A stretch of DNA of 63,082 nucleotides, the filler included, from Conidiobolus incongruus B7586 (Eukaryota): the NCBI GenBank assembly GCA_000697335.1. It is 9 parts of 9 records of this genome, joined end to end, with 100 filler letters (N's around TTAATTAATTAA, not from the genome) between each part and the next. Parts side by side here need not be neighbours in the genome. Positions count along the whole stretch, not along the records: positions 23,996 to 32,210 come from JNEM01006601.1; positions 32,311 to 41,720 come from JNEM01006602.1; 7 more parts are not named here. One strand, 5' to 3'. The first letter of the stretch is position 1; every line of letters begins with the position of its first letter. The notes beneath the pieces were generated by a model. It was not told the DNA's origin. It was given only the letters and a program-made list of their open reading frames with translations, and made no database searches. Positions 27,069 to 41,301 of this stretch are shown here, piece by piece. A program made the position numbers and the translations under genes.

Positions 27069-28332
27069 ATGGGTTACTGCGATTCTAATGTCGCGATGTA
27101 TTTACCTTCAGTCACAAGAGTAAGTTTACCTCCCACGGTTCATTCAGCAGTCTCATCTTCAAATGAAGGTCCTACTTCCAACCAAAGAGAGCCTTCTATA
27201 GAGCCTTTGTCTCAATCAACATCCACACCATACCAACCATCTGCAAATCTTCAACCAATTAACGTTGCCAATAATCCTAATCGTCTCAGTCAACGTAATG
27301 CTGCAAGAGTTAGAAGAAACTGGTTAATCCATTTACTCAACAACTATAGGCAAGCGTCAAAAAATAGCCGAATCCTTTTGTTCTTAAATACTATATATTT
27401 TATGCTCCAGGTAAATATTCTATATTCTGGCTTATATCCATTTAAATCTATTATTAATTTTCATATAATAGATATCGGGGATAATTACAATTGTAATATT
27501 AAATTGGTTCAAACCATGCGATGCCAATCTAAAAATACTACTAATAATATTTGGCATACGATTAATTATTTTATTTCCTATCACCATCTATGACTACTTA
27601 TTCTTCAGCCAGCAAGTTCATCGTCCCAATAATTATTTAAAGATATTTAAAACAGTCATTCATTTTGCTACCTTTGTGCTATTTATTGCTAGTAATTATA
27701 TGGTTATTAATTCAACCACTTGTTGCTCTACAGCCCCTTCTCTCTTTTATTTTTCCCTTGCAGAAATTATAATTGGTTACTTGACCATCACCTTACCAGC
27801 TCTCATCTGTTGTGCTATTGTATTCTGTCTCCCATGTTTCCTAGTAGGTCTCCGTATGGTTCGATTGGGAGAAACGGTGGGAAGCGGCGCTTCACAGGAT
27901 GCAATCAACAAATTACCAATACTTCAATATCATCAGGATAAATCCATCATACCAGATTCTAATGTAAAAATGGATAATTCCAATCACCCTCAATACAATC
28001 AACTTAATCCTACCAAAAAGAGTAAACCTTGGTATAAAAAACTATTTTCATCCAAACATCATAAAAAGGAAATCAACCCGGAACTAGGACGATTATCGCT
28101 GAGATCAGGATTACCCATCTTATACATTCTAGATGGCGGTGATGCATCGTGTGCAATTTGTCTTTCAGACTACGAGCATAAAGATACCATCCGAATGATG
28201 AAGTGCTTCCATCACTACCATATGGACTGTCTCGATGAATGGCTAAAAATCAACAGGACATGCCCTCTTTGCAAGAGAGACATATCAGGACACATAATCG
28301 ATCCCAGCCAAAGTCCCGAGCAATTTTTATAA
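27069..28332 (+). CDS. Multi-pass transmembrane RING-H2 E3 ubiquitin ligase, 2 exons (intron 27411-27471)
   Basis: A phase-0 GT-AG intron joins FMLQ to ISGIITIVILNWFKPCDANLK. Hydrophobic segments are followed by C-terminal CAICLSDY...CFHHYHMDCLDEWL...CPLC. The frame is open upstream to ~26887, so the true start may be earlier. Confidence 0.88.
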
Positions 28333-29498
28333 TCTTTTCCAAAATGCCATCAATTAATTTTTGCTTTAACTAATATTTGGAACACTAACCAATACTGTAA
28401 TAACCAAACCTTCATCATCTGTAACTATATTATTAATTTATATTTTAATTCACATTTAAAAAATCAAATCAAAAAAATAAAAATTAATTTTTTTTCATCA
28501 TTTAGTCAAAATTATAAAGTATAGAATTGGAATAATTTTAATTATTAATTTCAAATTTAATATCATTTCATTGATGCCATCATCTATAAATAACTATAAT
28601 AAAAGTACCCTATGTAATAACACTATAAAGGTTTTTTCTATCACACGTTACAATTTCGAGGGCAATTGGTTTACTATATTAAGAAAAGAAAAATCATTAA
28701 ATAAATACTTTTATAGTAGTTGTTTGCTATATTAGGAAAGTGATAATTGTCTATGTGTTGGAATTTTGTCAATACTGATATTTTAAATTGAATTTTAGCA
28801 ATTCCTATTGGCTGGTGCTTTTCGATTTTTTATACACAAAAATCTATGGTGGTGATATTTGAAATGTTTTACGCCCAGGACTGGTTGAAGGTGTATAATG
28901 AACTCTTTTAATACAAGTTTAACAAGCAATTTTTAATTTGAAAAAATAAATTGCAAGGTTTTTTAACAAAGAAATTCAAATATTGGGTTTCTTTGTTTTG
29001 TTAATTAAAATTTATTATATCTATATTAATAAATACAGTAAAACGATTTTGATTTCAAAACTATATTGAATTTATTTTATTAAGTATTCAAATAAATAAA
29101 TACAATTTTTGAATTAGATATTAGTTGAATATTGCCTTTGAATGTATTAGGTTAAATTAATTTCCACTTCGGTGTGAAAAACAAGAAAGAGGCAAAACTA
29201 AATTTAAAAACCCAAATTGAATTTGATTTGAATAATTTTTATATTTATTTCAAATTAATCCAATAGGAAAAATATTAATAAAAAATTTATAAATTCAACT
29301 CGTTTGAAGCGAAGGTTAGAATTTAACGAAATATAACCAGTTATTTCACGTGACTCGGAAGGATGAGATATATAAAAGCATCAAATTATAAAATAAAGAT
29401 GGGTTTTGTTATTTTTTATAATTTGATTGCTGTTATGAACTTCTGGAGTTTTATTGATCTCATTGTAACTATTTATTAATTGATGAACCTGTATTAAA

Positions 29499-29800
29499 AT
29501 GACGAATAATCGCAACTCAGTAAATTCACCACTACCGATGTATATATTATCAATATCAGAAAATAGCTCAAATAGGACTTCGCAAGTCTTAACGGCGGGG
29601 AGTCAACATCATAATAATGAAACTATATCAGAGTTTCCAGATACTTTAATCGAATTTTATGGTGATTCAGAACTGAATGATCTTGTCCTAAATTTATATT
29701 ATACAAAACTAATGAAATTAATATTACTCAATGTCAAATTCAATATCAGTTACAAAGTTTTATTAGCTAAATTATGTTTTTACGTCTTTCAGGTAAATTG

Positions 29801-29842
<42 letters not shown>

Positions 29843-30698
29843 TTGATTGATTTATTTATTAATCGGGCTTTTATAGAGTATTTTACTATCTATATTTTTA
29901 TATTTTACCAAGTTGGAATCAATTCAACACATTATAATCGTATTTATAAGTTTTAGAATTTTTGGGTTATTGATGGTACCTATTATATCCATAATTCAGT
30001 ATAAAATTCATCGAAGGAATAAGAAATATAGGTTTTCTAAGGGCTATACTGTATTACAGTGGATGGGATTCCTTTATGATTTCAGTATTTATCTAATATC
30101 TATGATCTCACTCATCCAACTAGGTATTGGTGGCGGTGGCAATCTGATTTATAAATATATATTAATCCAACACATTCAATATTATGCTATTATATTATGC
30201 TTTATAATAGATTGCTTAAATCCTTGGTTCCAGCTATTTAAGCTGCTATGTCGATTAATTGCAGTCAAGATGAAGACAACATTCGTAAGACAGAATTACA
30301 AACAATGGGAGATTGACCAATTACCCAAGTTAAAATTTACTGCTGATTCTCTAAAACTGCCTCATGCCCGTCATTTAGACCAAAATCATCCTCAATTCGA
30401 TTATTTTTTCCCTAAAGATCCAAATTCTATAAAGAAGCGATTTGCACGCTGGAACTCTTTCAGCTGGCTGAGAAAAGTGAAAGGGGATGTGAATACACTA
30501 CCGATATTCTATATTCAGCGATTGGACCATGCGATTTGCTCGATCTGTCTCAGCGATTACTGCGATTTGGACACGATTCGATTATTGCCCTGCCACCACC
30601 ACTATCACTCGGAATGCGTTGATAAATGGCTTAAAATTAGGAGAACTTGCCCACTTTGTCAAAAAACGCTCAAACTTGCTCGATTTATAACTCATTAA
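29499..30698 (+). CDS. Transmembrane RING-H2 E3 ubiquitin ligase paralog, 2 exons (intron 29793-29876)
   Basis: The phase-0 intron after FYVFQ is at the same position as in the upstream paralog. RING motif: CSICLSDY...LLPCHHHYHSECVDKWL...CPLC. Confidence 0.85.
29803..29840. repeat. (AT)n microsatellite inside intron
   Basis: About 19 AT units. Similar tracts occur at 18139-18172, 19274-19303 and 41419-41442. Confidence 0.9.
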
Positions 30699-33600
30699 CA
30701 TCAATAATTATTATCATTTTCATTAAGTAATTGATTGTGGTCATAATTTCTGTTTTGCATTCACCTGTTTTTATTAATGATTCATCCTTTGTTAGTACAT
30801 CTAGATTTTTTAAAACTAACTTTAAAATAGATTGATAGTTGTATGAATTACAGTTACAATATAATATACTTATCTCTTACTAGCATAAATTTGAGTCATA
30901 ACAATTATTCAAAGAATGGATATATTATTGAAAATAATTCCAAATATCATATTATTACAAATTAGCCTCCAGCTCCACGTGGCACCCGAATATATTTAAT
31001 TTCGTCTTTCAATAATTTTAATAATTAACAATATTAGTTTTTAACTTGATTAATTAGTAACATTATTTCACCCATTTGTGAAGCTGAAAGTGTTGGTAGG
31101 GACTTAAATTAAAGAATGTATTTGATAGAATATTGGAGTTTTAACCGTTTGCATAAATATATTTAGAATTCATTATTATATTAAAAATAAAGTGTGAAAA
31201 ATTTTTAAATTCAATAATTCCAATATAAGTCATGATTATATTCTAAAAGATTAATCCAAAACTGTTTTTCTTACAGAAATATATCAATATTACTTACAAA
31301 TTTATTATTCTGTTATTTTTTTATAATATTTGCCATAATTAAAATATTCGATAATTTGGAATATTAAATCAAATAGTCTTTGTTAAAATGTAATTTTTTA
31401 TTAAATAATTTAGTTATTAAAGTAATTTTACTCAAGTTTTATAATGACAAGGTTCCATCCTACCCTCTCTAAAATGGCAAACCAATTATTTTATTAAAAT
31501 ATTTTTTGATATAATTCCTTATTGAATTTTATTATATATTAATATATGTTTTCTTTGAATAAAAGGATAGCAAATTTATTAAAATTTTGATATTTCAAAT
31601 ATATTGTTAGATATCATAACGTGTTTATATAAAAACAATCAAAAATTTATATTTTTAAATAATATGTTTATTTATTCATAATGATTTTTTGATCAAAAAT
31701 TTAATTTTAAGAATTTAATACTGAATTGAAAATATTTAAAATACATAGTGACTATAAAAAATATTTTATATTAATATTATTAAAACTCAATTATAAACCC
31801 AATAATTTCATTCAGAATTTACAATTAATTGATGGAGATAATTTCTTAATTAATAACACCATTTATCATTAAATGTATCATTTCATAGTTAAAAAACAAA
31901 ATATTCTAAAATTTGGCAAATTATTGTATATAACTAATTTTTAGTTATTTTACATAATTCTATATTTTCTATTAATTTTTAACTAATAAAATAGTATATG
32001 TTTTAGTAATTCAATCATATAAATGCTATTGATTTAATTAATAATTATTGATTTTTAATATTTTAATTATTTTTTTTGAATATTATTTTTTTTATTTATC
32101 AAAAATTTTATTATTTTAATAAATATTAGATCAAATTCAGTTATATTTAAATCTGTATTTAAATAAATATATGTATAATTTTCTACTAAAAACTTTAATA
32201 TATTTATAAANNNNNNNNNNNNNNNNNNNNNNNNNNNNNNNNNNNNNNNNNNNNTTAATTAATTAANNNNNNNNNNNNNNNNNNNNNNNNNNNNNNNNNN
32301 NNNNNNNNNNATATTTATATTTTAAATATTTTTATATTAATCATTTGAAAAATAATAAATAATTTTAAAAATTTATATTTATTTTAAATAATATATTATA
32401 TATTAATTATTTTATTAAAGAATAAAATATTAGCTTAATATATTAATTTTTGAATAAATATTAATTTAATCGCTAAAATTTGAAAACTCTTTTAAAACTT
32501 ATTAAAAGTGTAATTTTTCAACATTTTATATAACTTTATATAACCAATTTAATGTTTAATTAATTAATTTATATTGTTAAAATTAATTAAATTATTTAAA
32601 TATTATTAACCTGACTATTAAGCCTGGCTCTTTTTTTCTTTTATTCTTATTTTTTTCTAGTTTTATTTATATCTTTGATGATTGAAATAATATCTATCAG
32701 TATTAAATTATTTAAATATTATTAGAGAAAGAATATATTCTAGCTCAATGGATTAATTTATTTATGAAGCTTAAATAAACTTTGTTTAATGATATATTAA
32801 CTTGCCACACGGATATCAAATTAAGTCTTCCTTTGCATTATATTGGTTTATTACAAACATGCTTATATATTAAAATAATTTGCCTTTAAGCTTATTTTAT
32901 TTATATTTGATTTAAATTTAAAATACTTAGCTTTATAATATAATCCTTATACAGTTAAGTTTATTATAAATTTAAGAATTTTTTAAAATTACTATTTAAA
33001 TTTAAATTCTACTTTTAGTATATCAAAAATTCAACCTAATTTTCAAAAATTAGACACATTCCTTGATTATTTAAAAATTCCAAACTTAGACTATATTATT
33101 AACAAAGATAAAAAACTATAATATAGATTATAAAGTTAAGTTTAAGTTAATAAATACAAAATTTATTTTTATAAAACATAGTTAATTTATTTTGAAAAAG
33201 TTATTTTAAGTTATTTTAAAAACTATTATAAATACCTTAATTTACTAAATTTATTTACCAAAAAAAGGAAGTATATCTCTTTTATGATATTTATTAAAAA
33301 AATACACAAAACCAAATTTTAAATCCTTTTGTATAACTCTGTATTTATAATATTTTTTAATTAGTTAAATAATCTTTATTTTATAAGTAAATTTTATTAA
33401 ATCAATAATATTAAGTTAATTAAAAACTATATTAACTTTTTTTACTCTAAATTTTTTATTATTTTTTCTAAATTGTTATTAATCACTAGTCTGTGAAGAG
33501 TTGGAACTATTATTATTATAATCAAATTAGACTAATTGATATTTATCACTAATACATTTATTCTAATTAATATATTCAAAGCTTATATAAACTCAATATT

Positions 33601-34363
33601 ATACTAAATTTATTACGACAATGCTAACTTGAGTCTTCTTCGACAATAAACTTCAACTAATGTTGCAGTTATAATAATTGTTTATAGAATAATCGTATGT
33701 TATGGATTTATTATTCTATACTTAACCTTGTCAATATTATATCATGATATAAGAATTAATTTAATAAAATTTAAACCATATAAATAATTTATATTTAGTA
33801 TTTTACTTAAAAACTCAGCTCAACCATTTAATATGCATACAGTAATAAGTTTTATATTCATTTTATTGTTAATTAATATTATATTCAAATTTTTCAATTT
33901 TCAAAATTATCAAATTTATATATTGTCCAAATAGTTTGTAAAAGGTTTTTAATTGAATAATAACAGGCAAATATAGAATGAGGTGAACCCCTAAAAATAA
34001 ATAAAATTACAATTATTTCTGATTTTGAATTTAGAGGTGATTGATTAAATTGGATAATTTAATAAAAATATGGAAGTATTGCAATGAATGGGATGTAATT
34101 TTTCGATTTTATTCAGTATGAAATTTTAAAATATTTAAAATTGATGAAAAATATTAAATTAATTATGAAATATCAAAGAAACATATCACGTTTTAAATTT
34201 CTTTGATGACTATCCCAGATTTTTATTGAGATTTGAATGTTTTGAAATGGATAATATGGCATAGATAAATTAATTTATTGATATTATAGTATTTAGTCAA
34301 TAAACCCGAATATTATTTCATTCACGATTCAAAATAATTAGTAGAATTATATGGTTAATTAAA

Positions 34364-35368
34364 TTAGTTCCATCTGCCATCAAAAGTCTCAAATAGAACC
34401 GTTTGTAACTCATTCTGTGGTTGAATCTCATCATAAACTGCTGTTGAAGGCTGTAGAATTTTATACAGTGAGAAGGCGTCACTAATTAATGTTAGTGATC
34501 GATTCTCCCTTGAGTGTTTGTACATTGTGGTATAGATTTCGATCATGCCATCTTTTTTATTAATGCCACTGACTATGGATCGTGTGAGAAGAACGTCAGA
34601 GTTGTTGGAGGGCAACAAGAATTGTAAAGATTTGAGTGTTTTTAACGCAACTGGGCTCTGGGAAGCTTTGAGGGCAGATAATTTTGCAGATTCACCTATC
34701 CACTCGATTATATGGCCACCGAATGTGATTTTAAAGGGGTTCAAATGCACAGGGAATACGAGGTTGGTGGTGGAATTATATCCATAAGAATTTTTTAAAG
34801 TGGTGAAATCGCCTGCCATATCTCTGATTTGCTTTCTGTTCTTGTCGCATTGGATGCGCTTATTCCTACGAATATCCGCCAATTCGTAGTCTTTTTGTTC
34901 CTCGTCGGTCTCAGTGTAGCATGGAGGTAATTGAATCTTGCCCTGGGTGTTCTTGGGACCCTTAATAGCCGCATATGATATAAAAGATTCAGCAATGAGT
35001 TTGTTCTGGCCGCTTACTGGGTTGAGATGGTGAGCTTGTAATTTGATTTCAATGGACGAGTTCCAAATCCTGGTAGCTTTAGCTGTGAAATGTATTAAAG
35101 AGTTAGGTTCAACAGGATGATAAAAGTTAGTAGTATCAAAACATCTAGTAACTACAAGGTACTGATCAGGATTCTTCAAATATTCGTAAGTGCTCAACCC
35201 ACCGATAACATCTATGATATTAGTCAAAAAGCTCTCATCAACGTTACCTAATTCATTTATCTTGCCTGATGCCAAATGTGTAGTTTGCTGAAAGGATCCA
35301 CTGACAGGAAGGGGATCAAAGCTGGAAACCGATTCATTAGCGTTCATGTGTTTAATGGTAGCAGCCAT
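34364..35368 (-). CDS. Acyl-CoA thioesterase, tandem hotdog-fold (YciA/ACOT7-like), intronless
   Basis: A 334-aa ORF from the first ATG has two hotdog repeats: INELGNV...IIDV...FYHPV...TRIWNSSIEI and VFPVHLNPFKITFGGHIIEWI...LQFLLP. Confidence 0.8.
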   Translation of the reverse strand: MAATIKHMNANESVSSFDPLPVSGSFQQTTHLASGKINELGNVDESFLTNIIDVIGGLSTYEYLKNPDQYLVVTRCFDTTNFYHPVEPNSLIHFTAKATRIWNSSIEIKLQAHHLNPVSGQNKLIAESFISYAAIKGPKNTQGKIQLPPCYTETDEEQKDYELADIRRNKRIQCDKNRKQIRDMAGDFTTLKNSYGYNSTTNLVFPVHLNPFKITFGGHIIEWIGESAKLSALKASQSPVALKTLKSLQFLLPSNNSDVLLTRSIVSGINKKDGMIEIYTTMYKHSRENRSLTLISDAFSLYKILQPSTAVYDEIQPQNELQTVLFETFDGRWN

Positions 35369-37926
35369 ATTGATGAATAGAGGGGTGGGGGTAATCAATT
35401 AATAATCATTTATATATCCTTTATATATATCGTTCTGAGATCCATTTATAGGGTATGATATAATGGAAAATTTCCATAATTAGATTTAGAATAAATCAAT
35501 CACCTGACCAAAGTGCAATTCCTCCAAAAATACAAATAAAAATTATAATCAGTTGGCAAATATTCCACTTTCATATTTTCAATAAATTGTATTCAATGTT
35601 GGAAGTATTTGTTGTGCATTAGTGCAGAAACCTGAGTTTGATTAAGATTATATCCAATATGATTGATAAAATGACTATATTATACATATTTCGAGTACAT
35701 TTGGGATAATGAATCCACTTATAAATCAATTACTTAAACAATATATTTGTCTTTAATTAATGGCCTTGTTTAGAAATTCTCGATTCATGAAAATCCAAAT
35801 AATCTAACCATCAGTATTTTCAGTGATAATTCTTATCATATCATGAAATCAAACGAATTTATGATTTTCCAAAATTACAGTTGTGTAATAATAGATCTAG
35901 TATCTTTCAGAATAATGATTATGTCTTAGCATAGATTCTTGAAAAACAATATTCAGTAATCAACTATTCATATGTAACTTGTATAATTAATTGTAAATAC
36001 CTTTTATCATAATATTTTTCAAATTTGACAATTAATCAATTATTTTGATATATTATACCTGTCCCATTGTCAATCACAATTATCCCGAAAATATCCTCCT
36101 CGACCCTGAAGTAAAAATTCTTCTTAAAATCCAGAATGTTTAAATTAATTTAAATTAGATAATGTGACCTAAGTTAACTTTTTAGGATATTTTAAATCTC
36201 TAATGATGTCTTGAACTCTAACTAAGACAAATTTTAATGAAATAGTTTATTTGACAATGATTGTTTATGATTGATTGTCATATGTGAAATATTTCAAAAT
36301 GCATTTTAATAATTAATTTTGGTTTAATATGCCAATTTCGTCACCGCTACTTCTTAATACTACTGAAGAATGCTGTCGGGTTGGTATTGTAGGATTTATT
36401 CATTAACCATAAATTAAAAAATAAAATAAAATTTTTGTAGCAGCTTGGGCTTTTGGATAATATTAGAATAATAATGGTTTTGAAGTTTAAAATTAAACTG
36501 TTCCAAAATTGATCATTGTTGTACAATTCTTGCATGTAGTTTAAAGACTCCAAGGGAGTAAGCTCCAACACCAATCCTAGAAGGCGGCCCGATTGATTAT
36601 CAGATATCAAAAGAGTATGTTTCTAGCAGTATGGATGTCTTGATCTTTCTATACAAGATGTTAAAGACATTGGGTAGTTTTGATTGATCAAAGTTATATT
36701 TTGAATATCTATAATTATTAGATATCTTTCTGAAATAGTATTTATCATATAATAATTACTTTCAATGAAATGTATTTTCTTGTTTTTTTAAGTAAATACT
36801 GTATATATTATTAATATAGCCATTACTAATATTTAATCTATATATTTATTTTGAATTAGATGATTAAATTTTTATTTTCCTTTAATTTTAAACCCAAATA
36901 ATATAAATAATATTATTTAAAAGATATTATTTTTTAAATTTTATATGCAATTTTTTAATTTTTTAACTATTTTTCATATCTTAGTATATTCTGTAAAGTA
37001 AATTTTTTTCAGATTATTTATTTAAACTCTTATTTTTAATTTTTATTTAATTCTATATTTATAATAGCTGTTAATTAGTTAAGAAATTTATAGTTAAAAT
37101 CTAATTTATAGTCAGATTAATTTATTAACATTTTCGACTTAATTTAAAATTTTAACCTTTTTTTAAGATTTTTTCATATTGTTTTAATCAATATTAATAA
37201 ATATTATTCTTTAAGCTTTGAGGTTAATTAGGTAATTATTAATTATATATTGAAATTTTTATATAACTGATATAAAAATTATATTAATCAACTAAAAATT
37301 ATTATTTTTATATTAATTGTTTTATATTATTAATTAAATTTTATTTATTTATTATTTTTAATTAATTATAATAATTTTATATCATTTATTTTTTATCATT
37401 TTGTATATAAAATAAATTATCATAATTTTTAATTTTTTATTTTATTTAATTAAAATAGATATTAGATATTATTTAAAAATATTTAAATTAATTATAAAAT
37501 TTCTAAGTTTAATATTTTTTTAAGTTCTTAATTATCATATATATATGTTAAAATATAAAAACCAATATAATAAGAATAATATTAATATTAATCAGAAGTG
37601 TTTAATATTAGTTTTATAAACTTAAAATTTACTAAATTGACTTAAATATAAATCTGAAATATTTGAAATTTTTTTATATTAATTGATTAATTATATAACT
37701 TTATTTTAATATTTTATCCATTAAGTTAAATATAAATATATAAAAATAATAAATAATATTAAATGGTTTAATTTTTAATAAATATGTATTTTAAATATAA
37801 AATTTAACTTAAAAAAGTTTGAAATCAAAATAATCAATTGGACAAAATATAAATAAAATAAAATAAAATATTATTAATATTATAAGACTAATTTTTTAAA
37901 TTCTTATATATATTTCTATATAATTC

Positions 37927-38265
37927 AATTAACTATGAATTATATAGTTAATTTATACTTTTATTATTAAATTAATTATATAAATAATATTGAATTATTT
38001 AATAAATCAAGTTCCTTTTTTTTCTCAATTTTTATTAATTTATATCTTTTATATTTTTTTTAAAATTGACTATATTTTATTATTATTATAATATATTAGC
38101 ACTATCTAATATAAATCTTATTATATTAGTGACTTATCTTAATTTAAAGCCTAATTAAATTTTGTTTATATTCGTATAATATATTCTATATTATTTTATT
38201 ATATTTTTTATCATATTATTTTTATATTAAATTTTCCTGTATATTATATTAGTATTTTATCTCTA
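37927..38265 (+). repeat. ~340-bp diverged direct repeat, copy 1 (copy 2 at ~40194-40540)
   Basis: Shared blocks include AATTTATACTTTT, ATTGAATTATTTAATAAA, GCACTA.CTAATATAAATCTTA and AGTGACTTATC..A.TTTAAAGC. Confidence 0.7.
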
Positions 38266-38320
38266 TGTTTATATAATAATAATAATAAAACTATTAAGAT
38301 TATATTAGAAAACTAATAAC

Positions 38321-39891
38321 TATACTAACCCACAAAAATAAGTCATAAAATTAAAAATATATATATTTCTATTAATATCTTAATCAATTCTAATTTAAAT
38401 AAACTTATATTAAACTATATAATTAATATATATTTTTTATTTATAATATAATATATAAAGTTAAATGAAATTAATTATTAATTAATATATTAAAACAAAA
38501 AGTATACTTAAGGTGTGTTACTAATTTGCAAGTTTTAATATTGATAGAAAAATTAATATCTAGTATATTTATCTTTTGTTTTTCTAATTTCTTTAAGTTT
38601 ATGGGGTATAGAGTTAACTAGCTTCTTATATTAAACAAAACTAATATTATTCTAAGCTTCTTGAATATACTCCCAAAGTTAATTTAAATTTTTTATTGGG
38701 GGGAAAGCTTTAATTGATTTTTTTAATTGATCTTAAAAATATTCAATTGGGTTAAAATTAAGAGATTGAAGAGGTTATTTCATAATAATTATTTTGTTAT
38801 TTTTAAGCTATTTAATAGTAGAATTTATAGTATAGCAAGGTGTATTATCTTATTAGAAAATAATATTTGATTTTTTTAATCTATACTACTTAATAGTTTT
38901 TTTTAATTTATTGTTTAAAATACTTTGGTATATTTTAGCATTAATTCCCTTGTTAACTTTATAAAGATATCTTACACCTAAAGATAACATATATCCCTAA
39001 ACTATAATTAACCCATTATTATATTTTTGGGTTATAATAATATAATAGATATAAAGTGGTTCTTTATCTTTTTTGAAATATCTAGCTCTTTTATTAGATT
39101 TATTAAGATATATCTTTGTTTTATTAGACTAAATAACTTTACTCTAGTTAATTTTAGTTCAACTTTAATATTAACATTTAAACTCTTACTTAACCTTATA
39201 GTAAAGTTTCTTTAGTTAAGGATGTTTTTTTAAGATATAAGTGATATTTATTTGAATATAAAGTATATATAATAATATTATTATTAACTGATATTTTTAT
39301 ATAGTTTTATAATTCTTATTGTATTTTTATAGTAATATTATACTTACCTGTATTAACTAATCTACAAATATACTTTTTATCATGTTTATCTATAATCTTA
39401 ATACATTTAAGTTTTAGTTTAGGTGTTTCTTTAGCATTGTTCTTAATAACCCTAGCTTTAATAAATGAGCTAACACTAATAATTCTAATAATCTCACAAG
39501 TTGATTTATTTTTATTATATAGTTAATTAATATATAAATGAATTTTTTTAAAAAGAGATTTAGGCATTATAATATTAATTTTAAAATATTAGCTTAATAG
39601 TTTTATTATATATATAGTATAACAAAAAAATAAGAATTTATATATAAATTTTGTTATTTATACCCCCTTAACTTATAAACCTACAAATTTATAACTCATT
39701 TTAGTTAAATTTTAGATTTTGATATATTAGCCAATATCTAATGAAATATAATCAAATATAGTTAGTTATAATCAATTAATATAGGTAAATTATATATTTT
39801 AATCTATATTTATTTAATTAAGAATTATTTAAGATATAGGTAAATATTTAAGTAATTTTGATTTTATGACTTATTTTTACAAGCTAGTATA
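38321..39891 (-). mobile_element. Full-length Tc1-like element (~1.57 kb) with long (~210-230 bp) TIRs
   Basis: The ends TATACTAACCCACAAAAATAAGTCATAAAA and TTTTATGACTTATTTTTACAAGCTAGTATA are inverted and bounded by TA. The internal transposase pseudogene is colinear with 16915-17930. Confidence 0.9.
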
Positions 39892-40193
39892 TTTATTTTA
39901 ATATTATCTATCAATATTTAAAACCTTATTTATAATTTATTTTATTTAAATTTAATATTATATAGAATAATACTTCTAAAAAAATACCCTTATAATATTT
40001 TAATAATAATAATAACTTAATTACTAAATAAATTTAAGATTTTAATTTTTAAAAGTTTATTATCTTTGAAAAAGCTTATATTAAACAATTTTTGATTAAG
40101 AAAAACATAACTTAAAAAGCTTAAATCTAATAAACTAGCTATTTTTATTAAGAAACTAGTTCTCAAAATTATTATATATATTTTTATATAATA

Positions 40194-40540
40194 TAATTAA
40201 TTATAAATTATATGATCAATTTATACTTTTATAGCTAAATTAATTATATAAATAGTATTGAATTATTTAATAAACAAGTTTTCTATTTTTTCTCTCTATT
40301 TTTATTGTTTCTTATCATTTTCATTATTTCTAAGGTTAAAACTATATTTTGTCAATATTACAATATATTGGCACTACCTAATATAAATCTTAATATATCA
40401 GTGACTTATCCTAGTTTAAAGCTTAATTAAACTTTGTTTATATTTGCACATTACAGCTATATTATAGAACCACATTCTGTGTCACACTATTTTTATATTA
40501 AATTCTTCCTTTGCACTATATTAGTATTTTACCACTATAC
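40194..40540 (+). repeat. ~340-bp diverged direct repeat, copy 2
   Basis: Less AT-shifted homolog of 37927-38265. Confidence 0.7.
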
Positions 40541-41301
40541 TTACAATTTCACTACTATTAATATATTAAATCAATACTTTATTTTTTTATAATCAAATAA
40601 ACTATTTATAAAAATTTTAAAAAACTTTATAAATTTAATAATTTTCTTAAAAATATATAAAATTATCTTAATTTAATTTTTAATAAAGATTTAAAAAATA
40701 TCCTTAAATTAATTTTTTTAGAAAAATCTACTTATATTAAATAATTAATTTATTATAAACTTAATCTTAAAAAATTCTTAATAGGATAATTTATTACAAA
40801 AATATAAACTTTTTAACAATTAGAAAAAACTTTTAAAATATAATATTACTTAAAAGATTAAGTCTAATTAATAAAACAAAAGCTTTTTTAATTTAAATAA
40901 AAAACTTTTATAAAATAATTAATTAAGAAAATTAGTCAGATATATTTCAATATATTAAATATAACTAATAAAAAATAAATCTATAAGTAATTATAATGCC
41001 TTAATCTTTAACAATAGTTATAATTAATTAATAGGGAATATTTTAATAATATATTTTCTCTAATATCTGTGATATTATAATTATAATTAATAATATTTTT
41101 ATTATATAATTAAATTTTTTTTATTTAAAAAATTACTCTTTTAAAACTTATTTTAACTTACTTAAATCTTAAATAATTAATGTTTTTATTTTAAAGCTTA
41201 ATAAAAAAGTTAAAACCTATTTAAAAATTAATAAAAATTATTACTAAGGTTAAAAAACTTAAGTTAACCATAAAATTAATAAATATTCTTTAAGGAAATA
41301 A

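Noticed and set aside
35600..36700. Patchy coding-like sequence including ORF 36347-36610
   Set aside because: No recognisable motif or consistent exon chain.
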